In this document: positions 46,012-54,829 of the stretch, in pieces
How the letters are laid out: each line of letters starts with the position of its first letter
Position numbering within the stretch: the first letter of the stretch is position 1
DNA from: Spirochaetia bacterium
Lineage (GTDB): Bacteria > Spirochaetota > Spirochaetia > SZUA-6 > Bin103
Length of the DNA stretch: 64,000 nt
Reading direction: 5' to 3'
NCBI GenBank assembly: GCA_965199955.1
Contig: CBDATQ010000001.1
Location: 1,376,001 to 1,440,000, forward strand
Program-made: the position numbers and the translations under genes
The notes under the pieces: model-generated
The model's database searches: none
Told to the model about the DNA's origin: nothing
Seen by the model: only the letters and a program-made list of their open reading frames with translations

Positions 46012-47141
46012 CTATGGCGAAAGGAACCGCCTCGAGGCTGCCGCGATGTCCGGGTACTCGCCTGCGGCCACGGCGCCACAGAGAGCCGCGCCGACCGCCG
46101 CGGCCTCCGCATTGGGCGACCGTGCGCGTCCGGTGCCCATCTGCCGCGCCGTCTGGCACGAAGTCGCGCAGCGCTCGCAGCGTCCGGCCCCCCCACGCCC
46201 AGGCCGGCCAGCAGATGGCCCTGCTCGATGTAGGGCCGCAGCTCCAGCCAGCCGTGGTCGAACGGCTTACCGGGCGTTCGCAGCGGCTCCAGGTCACCCA
46301 CGAAGACGCTGCATTGTCCGGCGGTGCCGACGTTGACGGCCACGGAGGCGTCGCGGTCGGCGACCGCACCGGCGTACGAGCACTGCATGTCACCGGAGGC
46401 GACGGAGACCGGCACGGCTGGCCGCAGTCCCATCGCGTCTGCCATCTCCGGCCGGAGCCGCCCGCCCGGCCGGCAGGAGCGCACCACCTCCGGCAACAGC
46501 GACGGGTCCAGTCCGAGCCGCCGGACCAGATCCTGGTTCCAGACTCCGCTGATCACGTCGAACACCCCCCAGCCGGCGGCGACCGCCCGCGGCCCCGTCA
46601 GCCGGGCGACCAGGAGCTCCGGTGCGGTACCCGCGCGCGCACCTGCCGGCAGCTCACCGGCCTGCTGGAGCCAGAACAGCAGCGGGACGGTGAACCCATG
46701 CGCCAGGGGGCAACCGGAATCGGCAAAGCGCGGACGCTGTCCGCTCGGGGTGATGGCGCCACCGCGCTCGGCCATCAGGTCGAGCCAGATCCCGCTGCCG
46801 GCCTGACCTGCCGCGGGCTCGGCGGTGCGGCGGTCCTGCCAGCCGATGTACGGACCGATCGCGGTTCCGTCTGCGGCCAGCACCTGGCAGCCCTTCTGCT
46901 GTCCGGTGACGCCGATCGCCTCGACGGCAGCCCCCGCGCATGCCTCCCCGGCACACAACAGGGCCAGGTCGAGCATGCGCTCGAAGTTCCATTCCGACCG
47001 CCCGCGAGCCCGGTCGGCGGGCGAGGTCAACTCCGCGTCGTTGGCGCGGGAGCTGATGGCGGTCACAGCGCGAGCCGCGGTATCGATCACCACCGCCGTG
47101 ATGCTGGTGGAGCCCAGGTCCAGTCCGAGGTAGCGGCTCAC
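46012..47141 (-). pseudogene. FGGY-family sugar kinase with internal deletion and frameshifts
   Basis: LGLDLGSTS, TGQQKG, WQDRR, GDMQC, NVGTAGQ. The family C-terminus EAAAVGAALCGAVAAGEYPDIAAA..* follows almost immediately in another frame. Confidence 0.85.
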
Positions 47142-47163
47142 GGCGTCGTGCTCCTGGTCCGCG

Positions 47164-48393
47164 TCAGAACATCCAGTCAAACTGCGGCAGCGGCAGCAGC
47201 AGGGCGCGGTCCAGGTCGGCCAGCAGTTCCGCCGGTCCGGCCAGGTCGTCGGTAAGCGCCAGCGAGCTGGCCGGCCGCACGCCGGCCCAGAGGCGTGAGA
47301 AGGCGCCCGCGGACGCGCGCAGCTCCGCGAGGCCGGCGCGGTGGCCGGGCTCGACCTCGGATACTTCGGCCAGCGTGACCCGATACGCGCCGGCGATCCC
47401 CCGCCAGCCGCCCTGCGCCGTCGTCCCGTCCAGGTAGCGCTCGATCGGATCGGTGAGCGTCAGGTTGAAGCGCACGGGCCGGTGGGTCCGGGTGGCGGCG
47501 ATACAGCGCTGCAGGTCCAGGATGCGGATCTGCTGCCACGCCACGTACTGGAAGCGCTGCTCGTGCCTGGCGTTGCGCATGGCAGCGAGCCCGCGCAGCG
47601 GCTGGTGGAGCAGGTCCTGCACCTGCAGATGCACAGGCTCGGGCATCCGTACCTGGTGGACCTGGTCCGACAGGGAGGTGATCAGCGCCAGCAACTCCAG
47701 CAACTGGTGACCGTCCTCGTAGGCCAGCCACCAGATCGAGTACGGACCGTTCTCGTTCTCGGCTTCCGCGTAGAGGTGGTGGGTCAGCCGGTCGCCTGCG
47801 AAATAGCCGAGCCCGAAGCCGTTCTTCGCCCAGCGCAGGTCCATCTCCGTCGCCGCCGAGTCGTCGAAGACCACCGAACCGTGCGCGCGCATCCGCGCGC
47901 AGCGGTTGGCGTGCATCGGCGCGGTATGATCGACGGAGAGCCGCCGCGGAGGCCGTGCCTCGCATGGGACGCGGAGCTTGGCCGGATCGAACCTCAGGTC
48001 GAGGTTGTTGGGCATGCAGCCGAACCCGAGCCGGTTGTAGAACCCCTGTTCGAACATCCCAAGCCCGGCGACCGCCGCGCCGCTGCCGGCGGCCTCCGCC
48101 AGCGCCGCCGCCGTGACCCGGCCCGCCAGCCCCTGGCGGCGCGCCACCCGGCTGGTGGTCACCGCCATCACCCCGCACAGGTCGAGGTCCGCATCCCGGT
48201 AGCGCATCGAGCCGCGGCTGGTGAACACCGAGCACTCCGCGTCGCCGTCGATACGCGCGACCCAGCCGTCCATGCGGCGCATGCCGACGTCGAGCGCACG
48301 CTCGTGCGTGTCCTCCTCGACCCAGCCGGCCTCCCGCCACATGCGGACGACGGCCTTCGCGTCGCGCTCCCGGTCCAGCCGCTCCGGCGTCAC
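47164..48393 (-). CDS. Eis-like GNAT acetyltransferase with SCP2-like tail
   Basis: AVTTSRVARRQGLAG, FYNRLGFG; GTG start overlaps the M14 stop. Confidence 0.8.
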   Translation of the reverse strand: MTPERLDRERDAKAVVRMWREAGWVEEDTHERALDVGMRRMDGWVARIDGDAECSVFTSRGSMRYRDADLDLCGVMAVTTSRVARRQGLAGRVTAAALAEAAGSGAAVAGLGMFEQGFYNRLGFGCMPNNLDLRFDPAKLRVPCEARPPRRLSVDHTAPMHANRCARMRAHGSVVFDDSAATEMDLRWAKNGFGLGYFAGDRLTHHLYAEAENENGPYSIWWLAYEDGHQLLELLALITSLSDQVHQVRMPEPVHLQVQDLLHQPLRGLAAMRNARHEQRFQYVAWQQIRILDLQRCIAATRTHRPVRFNLTLTDPIERYLDGTTAQGGWRGIAGAYRVTLAEVSEVEPGHRAGLAELRASAGAFSRLWAGVRPASSLALTDDLAGPAELLADLDRALLLPLPQFDWMF

Positions 48394-50057
48394 GGACGCC
48401 TCAGCACGACGCGGCCATCGCCGCCGGTGCCGCCGAGCACGCGGATCACCCCGATCTCGGCGCCAGCCTCGGCGCCGCGGGCGCGCACGAACCACTCGAC
48501 GATACGGCTGCCGGTGAGCGCGCGCAGGTGTCCCAGGTCGAGATGGCCTCGCGCCGACAGCAGCTCCACGCCGCCGGCCGACATCAGGCTGGCGCGCACC
48601 GGCTGCAGGCGCGGCAGCCCGAGCCCCTGGTTGGTGATGTTGGTCGGCAGCCGCCCGCGGTTGGCGATGCGCGCGCGGATGCGGTAGACGTCGCCGCCCA
48701 CCGGGGCGACCTCGACTTCCTCCGCCTGTATCCGCGGATGCCGCTCGGCGAACGAGCGCGTGAAGCGGTAGGCGCCGTCCACCATCAGCGCAAGCGCCGG
48801 CACCAGCGGATTGTCGATCGCCGTGAACAGCAGGCCGCCCAGCTCGACCGGGCCGAGCTGCGGGTGGTCGAACCGCCGCCACGGCTCGAACAGCGGGTGG
48901 CGCCGTCCGTCCTCGTCCCACCATCGGAGGAGCTGCCGGTACATCGCGTCGATCCCGTCCCGGTCGCGGGAGCGTTCGTGCCACTCGTGGGCGGACACGC
49001 CCGCGGCGTTGACGATCGTGCCCAGCTCCACGTCGAAGCCGGGGATGCCGAGCTGGTGATAGGCGAAGCCGAGCGCGTGGCCGCGCCTGCCGCCGCTGCG
49101 GCCGCCGGGTCCGGTCGGATCGCTGAGGGCGACGGCCGGGCTGTCGATCGCCGCCGCTCCCTCCTGCGCCAGCTCCTCCAGGAGCGCGTCGTCGCCGGGA
49201 TCCAGGTCCTCGCGCGGGCCCCACGCAGGCGGCCGGATCACCGACGCCGAGCCGCAGTGGTAGCCCAGGATCCCGCACAGCTTGGGCTGCTTGAAGATGA
49301 ACTCGGCGAGCGACCGCATCTCCGGCTCGCTGAACGGGTAGTCGCCGGCGCCCTGCTGCTCGCCCTCGTGCCGCCAGTCGTCCGACCAGTTGCGGTTGAA
49401 GTCGAAGCTGCGCCCGGCGTGCAGCTCCGGCGCGCCGGGGTAGAAGGAGTGCAGGCCGCCGATGCGGACGTCGTCGGTGCCGTCCCAGTCGTTGATCATC
49501 CCCTCCGGGAAGACCCGGTAGAAGGGGCCGGGCGAGGTGGGCCGCCGGTCGACCAGCAGCCGCGGCTCCTCCGGGTCGCAGACGTAGGTGCCGTCCGGGT
49601 GCTCCTGGCGGATCGTCAGGATCAGCCCGTCGCCGTCGATGTCCGCGGAGTAGATGGTGTTGGGAGCGCGGTTGACCGAGTCGGTGCGGCTGCGGACGCG
49701 GGCGGTGGTGGCCACGCAGAACTCGGAGGCGTCCGGGCACAGCCGCGGGACCAGGTAGAGGACCACGCGCGACAGCAGCCCGCCGCGCTCGTGGTCCTCC
49801 AGCAGGCGGTGCGCCGTGTACAGGGGACCGTGCGTGGAGGCCGGCTCGTGCGCGTGGATGCCGCCGTGGACGAGGAAGGCCGGCCGCTCGGACGGATCGC
49901 CGGAGTCGAACTCCGTGACGGTGAGCAGGTGGAGGTCGCGGCCCTGGGCCGTGCGGCCTATGGAGCCTGCCCGGCAGAGCGCGGGGTGGGCGTCGGCCAG
50001 CTCCCGCACCACGGCGCTGATCTCATCGTACGTGTAGAAGTGGTCGAACTGGATCAT
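48390..50057 (-). CDS. M14 zinc carboxypeptidase-family protein
   Basis: SIGRTAQGR, IHAHE (HxxE), DFNRNW, YPFSEPE, YH. Confidence 0.9.
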   Translation of the reverse strand: MIQFDHFYTYDEISAVVRELADAHPALCRAGSIGRTAQGRDLHLLTVTEFDSGDPSERPAFLVHGGIHAHEPASTHGPLYTAHRLLEDHERGGLLSRVVLYLVPRLCPDASEFCVATTARVRSRTDSVNRAPNTIYSADIDGDGLILTIRQEHPDGTYVCDPEEPRLLVDRRPTSPGPFYRVFPEGMINDWDGTDDVRIGGLHSFYPGAPELHAGRSFDFNRNWSDDWRHEGEQQGAGDYPFSEPEMRSLAEFIFKQPKLCGILGYHCGSASVIRPPAWGPREDLDPGDDALLEELAQEGAAAIDSPAVALSDPTGPGGRSGGRRGHALGFAYHQLGIPGFDVELGTIVNAAGVSAHEWHERSRDRDGIDAMYRQLLRWWDEDGRRHPLFEPWRRFDHPQLGPVELGGLLFTAIDNPLVPALALMVDGAYRFTRSFAERHPRIQAEEVEVAPVGGDVYRIRARIANRGRLPTNITNQGLGLPRLQPVRASLMSAGGVELLSARGHLDLGHLRALTGSRIVEWFVRARGAEAGAEIGVIRVLGGTGGDGRVVLRRP

Positions 50058-50881
50058 CGACGCGGGTTCTGCTCCAGCCAGTCGCGCAGCGGAACGTCCT
50101 GCGGCTTGGGCGAGGTGTAGCCGTGCCCGCCCGAGGGACTGGCGCCCAGAAGCTGCCGCCGGATCGGATCGCAGCGCTCCATCACGTGGGCGACGGTCAT
50201 GTCGTCGCGCGGGCGCAGCCAGCGGTAGCTGTAGCCGTAGAAGAGCGCCTTGCGCGGGACGTCGGCATGGTTCGGGCTGCCGGTGTGCCAGACGCGGCGG
50301 TCGAACAGCACGATGCCGCCGCGCGGCACCAGCACCTCGGTCGCCCCCGGCGGATCGACGTCGCGCCGCTCGCGGTCGATCGCCGACTCGTCCAGGTGGC
50401 TGCCGGGCACGGCGGCGAAATTGCCGCGGCCGGGCTCGCTGCAGTCGGTGAGGAAGAGGCCCACCTTCAGCGAGACGCGCGGTTGTGGGGTCGTCTCCAG
50501 CTCGTGGTTGAGCCGATCGCTGTCCTGGTGCCAGTGCCGCTTGCCGGGGTCCGCACCCTGGCCGGCGCCGGGGGTGACGATCATGTGCGAGTGATAGATC
50601 TGGATGTTCCAGCCCAGCAGGTCGAGCACCTTGGGGAAGGTCGCCGGCCAGTCGATCATCGCAAGCAGCCGGTCGTCGCGCCCCAGGAAGTCGAACACGT
50701 TGAGCCGGTCAAGCTCGCTGGCGCTGAGCGCGACCCGCTCGGCGGCGATGACGGCGTCGAACGCCTCCTCCAGGCCGTCTGTCACCGCCTCCGGTAGCCG
50801 GTCCGGGAGTACGAGGAAGCCGTCGCCTACGAACTTCTCTTCCTCCGCGTCAGTCAGGCGGTGCCGGTTCCATGCGTCCAT
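50054..50881 (-). CDS. Phytanoyl-CoA dioxygenase (PhyH) family Fe/2OG oxygenase
   Basis: DGFLVL, WHQD, VPGSH, LFDRRVWH. Confidence 0.92.
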   Translation of the reverse strand: MDAWNRHRLTDAEEEKFVGDGFLVLPDRLPEAVTDGLEEAFDAVIAAERVALSASELDRLNVFDFLGRDDRLLAMIDWPATFPKVLDLLGWNIQIYHSHMIVTPGAGQGADPGKRHWHQDSDRLNHELETTPQPRVSLKVGLFLTDCSEPGRGNFAAVPGSHLDESAIDRERRDVDPPGATEVLVPRGGIVLFDRRVWHTGSPNHADVPRKALFYGYSYRWLRPRDDMTVAHVMERCDPIRRQLLGASPSGGHGYTSPKPQDVPLRDWLEQNPRR

Positions 50882-50996
50882 GACCGGATCGTTCAGCGAT
50901 CGGTCTCAAAGCCGTCCGACAGTTCCAAGGTCATACGGTGCATGTGGATAACGCCTCCCGGCGAGGCCAGCCGGACCCTGCCTTTTGCCCGCCAAA

Positions 50997-51853
50997 CTAT
51001 CGGATGCATGGCGGATCGTCAACGTCGCTGTGCCGCCCGTCGAGGTGACGGTAGCCCGCCTGCACGTCGTCTACATAGACGCTCAGCTCACGCGCCCGGT
51101 CGCGCAACGATGGCAGCGGGACGGGGACGCCGGTGGCCTTCATCGGGAAACGTCGACTGCTATCTGCTGCAGGGCCGATACCGCCGACTTCATCCGCAGA
51201 TCGATACTCTCGCGGCGTTCCTCCAATGATCGCATCGATCTCAGATGCGCCTCGTACTGATCGATGGCTTCTTGGTGTTCCCGCTGCAGGTCCACCGAGA
51301 CGTCATCGCGTAACTTGAGTCGCAGCGCGCGAAGCTCAGCCTCGATCTTCCAGGAGTCCATCGTTCCGTCTCCGGCGCGGTCCAACTCGGCGCGTAGCGT
51401 AGCGAGTCGGTGCAGGTGATGGAGATAGTCATCGATCTCCGGTTCCAACTCACTGCGCAAGCCTGTGCCGAGCGCGCCCTGGTCCTGTAGTTCGTCGAGG
51501 ATCCGGTCGCACAGCTCGATCACGGAGTCGGGCGCCGCGGCGTCCGTGTCCATCGAGGCAGGCCGCGCGGCGCCGAACTCGACGCCGGCTTCTCGCAGAA
51601 GGCGGCGCATCTTCCGCTGTCGCGTCGAGGTGAGGGCGTAGTGCGAGGCCAGCGCGACGCCCGCAGCGCCGATCGCGGGAAGCAACCATGGACCGGTGGC
51701 GGCGAATTCCTGAGCGTGCGGCGATCAGTGAACGCACCGCGCGCAGCGCCGCCTCATCGAGGGGCGGCAACGCTGGAACGCACGGGTAAGCCGAACGCGC
51801 GGCGCAGACGAGCGCTCTGACTCTGAGCGGATGCGGGTTCCTTGTGTCCTCAT
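50997..51853 (-). pseudogene. Decayed membrane-anchored coiled-coil protein (2TM-domain-like)
   Basis: Segments in shifting frames: LPPLDEAALRAVRSL..; GPWLLPAIGAAGVALASH plus coiled coil (51140..51685); MKATG..RARELSVYVDDVQAGY..* after a shift near 51144. Confidence 0.55.
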
Positions 51854-52047
51854 CGGAACGCCGCGGTCCCTTCGGTCGGACGGCCGCCGGGTCAGGCTGA
51901 CGTTACCGCCCCGGTCCGTACTACCACCCAGCCACAGCGCGGCCATTGCTACGCCTGTCCTCTCATCGCGTCACACGGAGACACGCCCGTCCGATAGTCC
52001 GGCACGTGCCTCTCCGATCGCCGCCGTTCTCCTGTATGATCTGCGCC

Positions 52048-53832
52048 ATGTCGACTGCCACCCGTTCGCTTCTGACGATCGACACGCCGATGGCGCCACC
52101 CGCATGGGCGGTGATGCAGCGCGAGCTGCTGCGCGCCCAGACCGCGGCCATCGATGCGTTCCATGCGAAGTACTTCGACGAGCGCGGCTACCTGCGCTGC
52201 GTGCCCCGCTGGGGCGGGGACGACGGTGCCGACGACGCCGCGGAGAACTTCACGAGCTGGACCCTGCTGTACGCGCTCGGCGCCGACCAGTCGGTGCTGG
52301 ACCGCTACCTCAACGCCTGGGAGGGCCACCTGCGGCAGTACACGGAGGCCAAGACGGTCGAGGTCGAGTTCGCCCGCGACGGCATGTACTTCAAGGAGTT
52401 CCCGGTCATGTTCGACTGGGGCCACAACGGCGAGGGGTTCAACGCCTTCTACCTGCAGGGCCTGTGCACGCCGGACGACCTGACGTTCCAGAGCCGGACG
52501 CGCCGCTACGCCGGCTTCTACATGGACGAGGATCCGATCGCCAAGAACTACGACCCCCGCCACCGGGTGATCCGCAGCATGTTCAACGGCAGCCGCGGCC
52601 CGCTGATGCGCAAGGCGACGGCGCTGGACTGGACCGGCGACCGGATCGAGATCGAGGGGCGCTTCAAGCCCGGCCACCGGGAGACCAGCTACGAGCAGAT
52701 GCTCGCCCATTTCGCCGAGTACAACGACGTGGTCGGCGACCATCCGCTCAACCTGCAGACCACCACCCTGGCGATCAACGCCTACATGATCGCCGGTGAA
52801 GCGAAGTACCGGGACTGGATCATCGAGTACGTCGGCGCCTGGAAGGAGCGCACGGAGGCAAACGGCGGCATCATCCCCACGAACGTCGGCCTGGACGGCA
52901 CCCCGGGCGGGGCCGCCGACGGCCGCTGGTGGGGCAGCACCTACGGGTGGGGCTTCTCGATCGACGACTACCTCAACCCCGGCTCGGGCGGCCGCTTCCA
53001 CCGCCACCTGTTCATCGAGCGGGCGCCGCGCGGGTTCGGCAACGCGCTGATGGTGACCGGCGACCAGGGCTACGTCGACACGTGGCGCGGCGTGATCGAC
53101 GGCGTGAACGCCAACGCCAAGGTGATCGACGGCCAGACCATGTACCCGCAGAACTACGGCGAGGAGGAAGGCGAGCCGGGCTGGTACAACTACGCGCCCG
53201 AGCCGTACACGAACGGCGCCATGCCGGTCTGGTTCTGGTCGATGCGGGACGCCGACAAGAAGCTGATCGCCGGCGACGACTGGGTGCGCTACCTGGGCAG
53301 CGACAACCCCGGCTTTCCGGTGGAGTCGCTGCAGCGCGAGTTCGCGGAGTTGCGCACGCGCGTCGAGCGCATGCACCGGGACACCAGCTCGCCGGACACG
53401 CGCATGTCCGACGATCCGATGGGCGCCAATCCGGCGGTCGTGACCGCGTTGACGCAGCAGATGCTGGGCGGCCTGGAGACCTCGCACTACGGGTTCCCGG
53501 TGTACAGCCGGCTGCGCTACTTCGATCCCGAGCGCCGGCGGGCGGGCATCCCCCCGAACGTGGCGGCGCTGGTCGACTCGATGTCGGACACCGAGGTGGC
53601 GGTGACACTGGTCAACCTGGACCAGGCGGAGGCGCGCACCGTGGTCGTGCAGGCCGGCGCCTACGGCGAGCACCGCTTCGGCCAGGCGTCTGCCGGCTCG
53701 GCATGGGCGACCGTCGACCGCCCGCACGTGCGGGTGCGCCTGGAGCCCGGCTGCGGCGAACGGATCGTGTTCGAGCAGGCCCGCTACGCGGAACAGCCCA
53801 CCTTCATGTTTCCGTGGGACCGGGCGGAGTAG
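52048..53832 (+). CDS. Conserved hypothetical protein (Trp/Tyr-rich, possible alpha-barrel enzyme)
   Basis: Strong GC3 codon bias; RWGGDDGADDAAENF, DWGHNGEG, RLRYFDP..RAGIP, VVQAGAYGEH. Confidence 0.8.
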   Translation: MSTATRSLLTIDTPMAPPAWAVMQRELLRAQTAAIDAFHAKYFDERGYLRCVPRWGGDDGADDAAENFTSWTLLYALGADQSVLDRYLNAWEGHLRQYTEAKTVEVEFARDGMYFKEFPVMFDWGHNGEGFNAFYLQGLCTPDDLTFQSRTRRYAGFYMDEDPIAKNYDPRHRVIRSMFNGSRGPLMRKATALDWTGDRIEIEGRFKPGHRETSYEQMLAHFAEYNDVVGDHPLNLQTTTLAINAYMIAGEAKYRDWIIEYVGAWKERTEANGGIIPTNVGLDGTPGGAADGRWWGSTYGWGFSIDDYLNPGSGGRFHRHLFIERAPRGFGNALMVTGDQGYVDTWRGVIDGVNANAKVIDGQTMYPQNYGEEEGEPGWYNYAPEPYTNGAMPVWFWSMRDADKKLIAGDDWVRYLGSDNPGFPVESLQREFAELRTRVERMHRDTSSPDTRMSDDPMGANPAVVTALTQQMLGGLETSHYGFPVYSRLRYFDPERRRAGIPPNVAALVDSMSDTEVAVTLVNLDQAEARTVVVQAGAYGEHRFGQASAGSAWATVDRPHVRVRLEPGCGERIVFEQARYAEQPTFMFPWDRAE

Positions 53833-53891
53833 CGTCCCAAGGGTGTGCGGCGCCTCGGGCGGCGCCCGCGTTCAGTCGGTCGGGCCGCGGA

Positions 53892-54179
53892 TTAGCGGAG
53901 TTCGAGTTCCAGACGCATCCCCACGGCAGCCGCCGCGCGCTTGAGTGTATGCAGGGTAACTCCCTCGTTCTCCGGGTCGAGCAGTCGGTCGAGTTGCGAG
54001 CGGCTGGTTTCCATTCGTTCGGCCATGCGCGCTTTGGAAAGCTTCTGATCCTTCATCGCTTGCTCCAGCTTGTAAGCGAGGACCGACTTGACGGCGTCGT
54101 TCTTGGCATCTTCGTAGGTGCCGTCTTCCCGCAGCAAGCTTTCAAGTGTCGATCCCAAGTGCGGGTTCTCATCAGGCAT
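53892..54179 (-). CDS. XRE/HTH antitoxin
   Basis: NPHLGSTLESLL.EDG, MAERMETSRSQLDRLLDP, VTLHTL; overlaps the toxin stop. Confidence 0.9.
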   Translation of the reverse strand: MPDENPHLGSTLESLLREDGTYEDAKNDAVKSVLAYKLEQAMKDQKLSKARMAERMETSRSQLDRLLDPENEGVTLHTLKRAAAAVGMRLELELR

Positions 54180-54537
54180 ATCGATGGTACTCCTTCATCC
54201 GACGCTCGGCGAGTTTCAGTTCCTTCAGCGGTGTCGCCTGGCTCTTCTTCATGAAGCCGTGCAACAGCACCATATTCTGGTCCGATACGACGAAGAACAC
54301 GCGGGCGATCCGCCGGCCTTCAAGACGGCTGCGCACTTCGTAGAGACCCGGATAGGCGGACAGCGAGCGGCAGAGCGGAGCACCGCACGGCCAACCGAAT
54401 TCGACTTTCGTCAGATCCCCGCCGATGCGCCTTCTATCCTCCAACGACTGGTCCATGAGCCACTCACGAACCGGCTCTCGACCACCACCGGGTGACCGAA
54501 AGAACCGAGCCACGATCGCTTTCCCTTGTGGCTTCAC
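54172..54537 (-). CDS. RelE/ParE (Gp49/HigB-like) toxin
   Basis: GREPVREWL, GLYEVRS, ARVFF, VLLHGFMKKSQATP; GTG start 54537. Confidence 0.9.
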   Translation of the reverse strand: MKPQGKAIVARFFRSPGGGREPVREWLMDQSLEDRRRIGGDLTKVEFGWPCGAPLCRSLSAYPGLYEVRSRLEGRRIARVFFVVSDQNMVLLHGFMKKSQATPLKELKLAERRMKEYHRYA

Positions 54538-54543
54538 TTCGGG

Positions 54544-54562
54544 AAGGTACCATATTTGGTAC
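54544..54562 (-). promoter_or_regulatory. TA operator palindrome overlapping an extended -10
   Basis: GTACCA-TATT-TGGTAC at 54547-54562; minus strand TGG-TACCTT 6 nt before GTG. Confidence 0.75.
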
Positions 54563-54829
54563 TGTGCTTCCACTCCACGTCGATGAACGAGTCCCACTGG
54601 CCGCTGCGAGGAGTCGACAGCCTGGGCCGCTCACCAGCCGCGATGTGGGGGGAGTGAAAGTATGCTTTATTTCAGTCAACGGCTACTCAGGGAGCCGTTG
54701 CTGTCATCGAGAGCGGGCATCGGCACGGCCGGTTGTCGGGGCCGTCGAAGTGCGCTACCGTGAGCGGACCAAGGGGCCGTCTCCTGTGGACGCGCCGATT
54801 CCACTACCGCACTCAGAAGGAGATTTGCG

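Noticed and set aside
4930..54610. Shared GGCCGCTGCGAG upstream of Uma2 (~4930) and near the RelE promoter (~54599)
   Set aside because: Only 12 GC-rich bases with no extended similarity; compatible with chance
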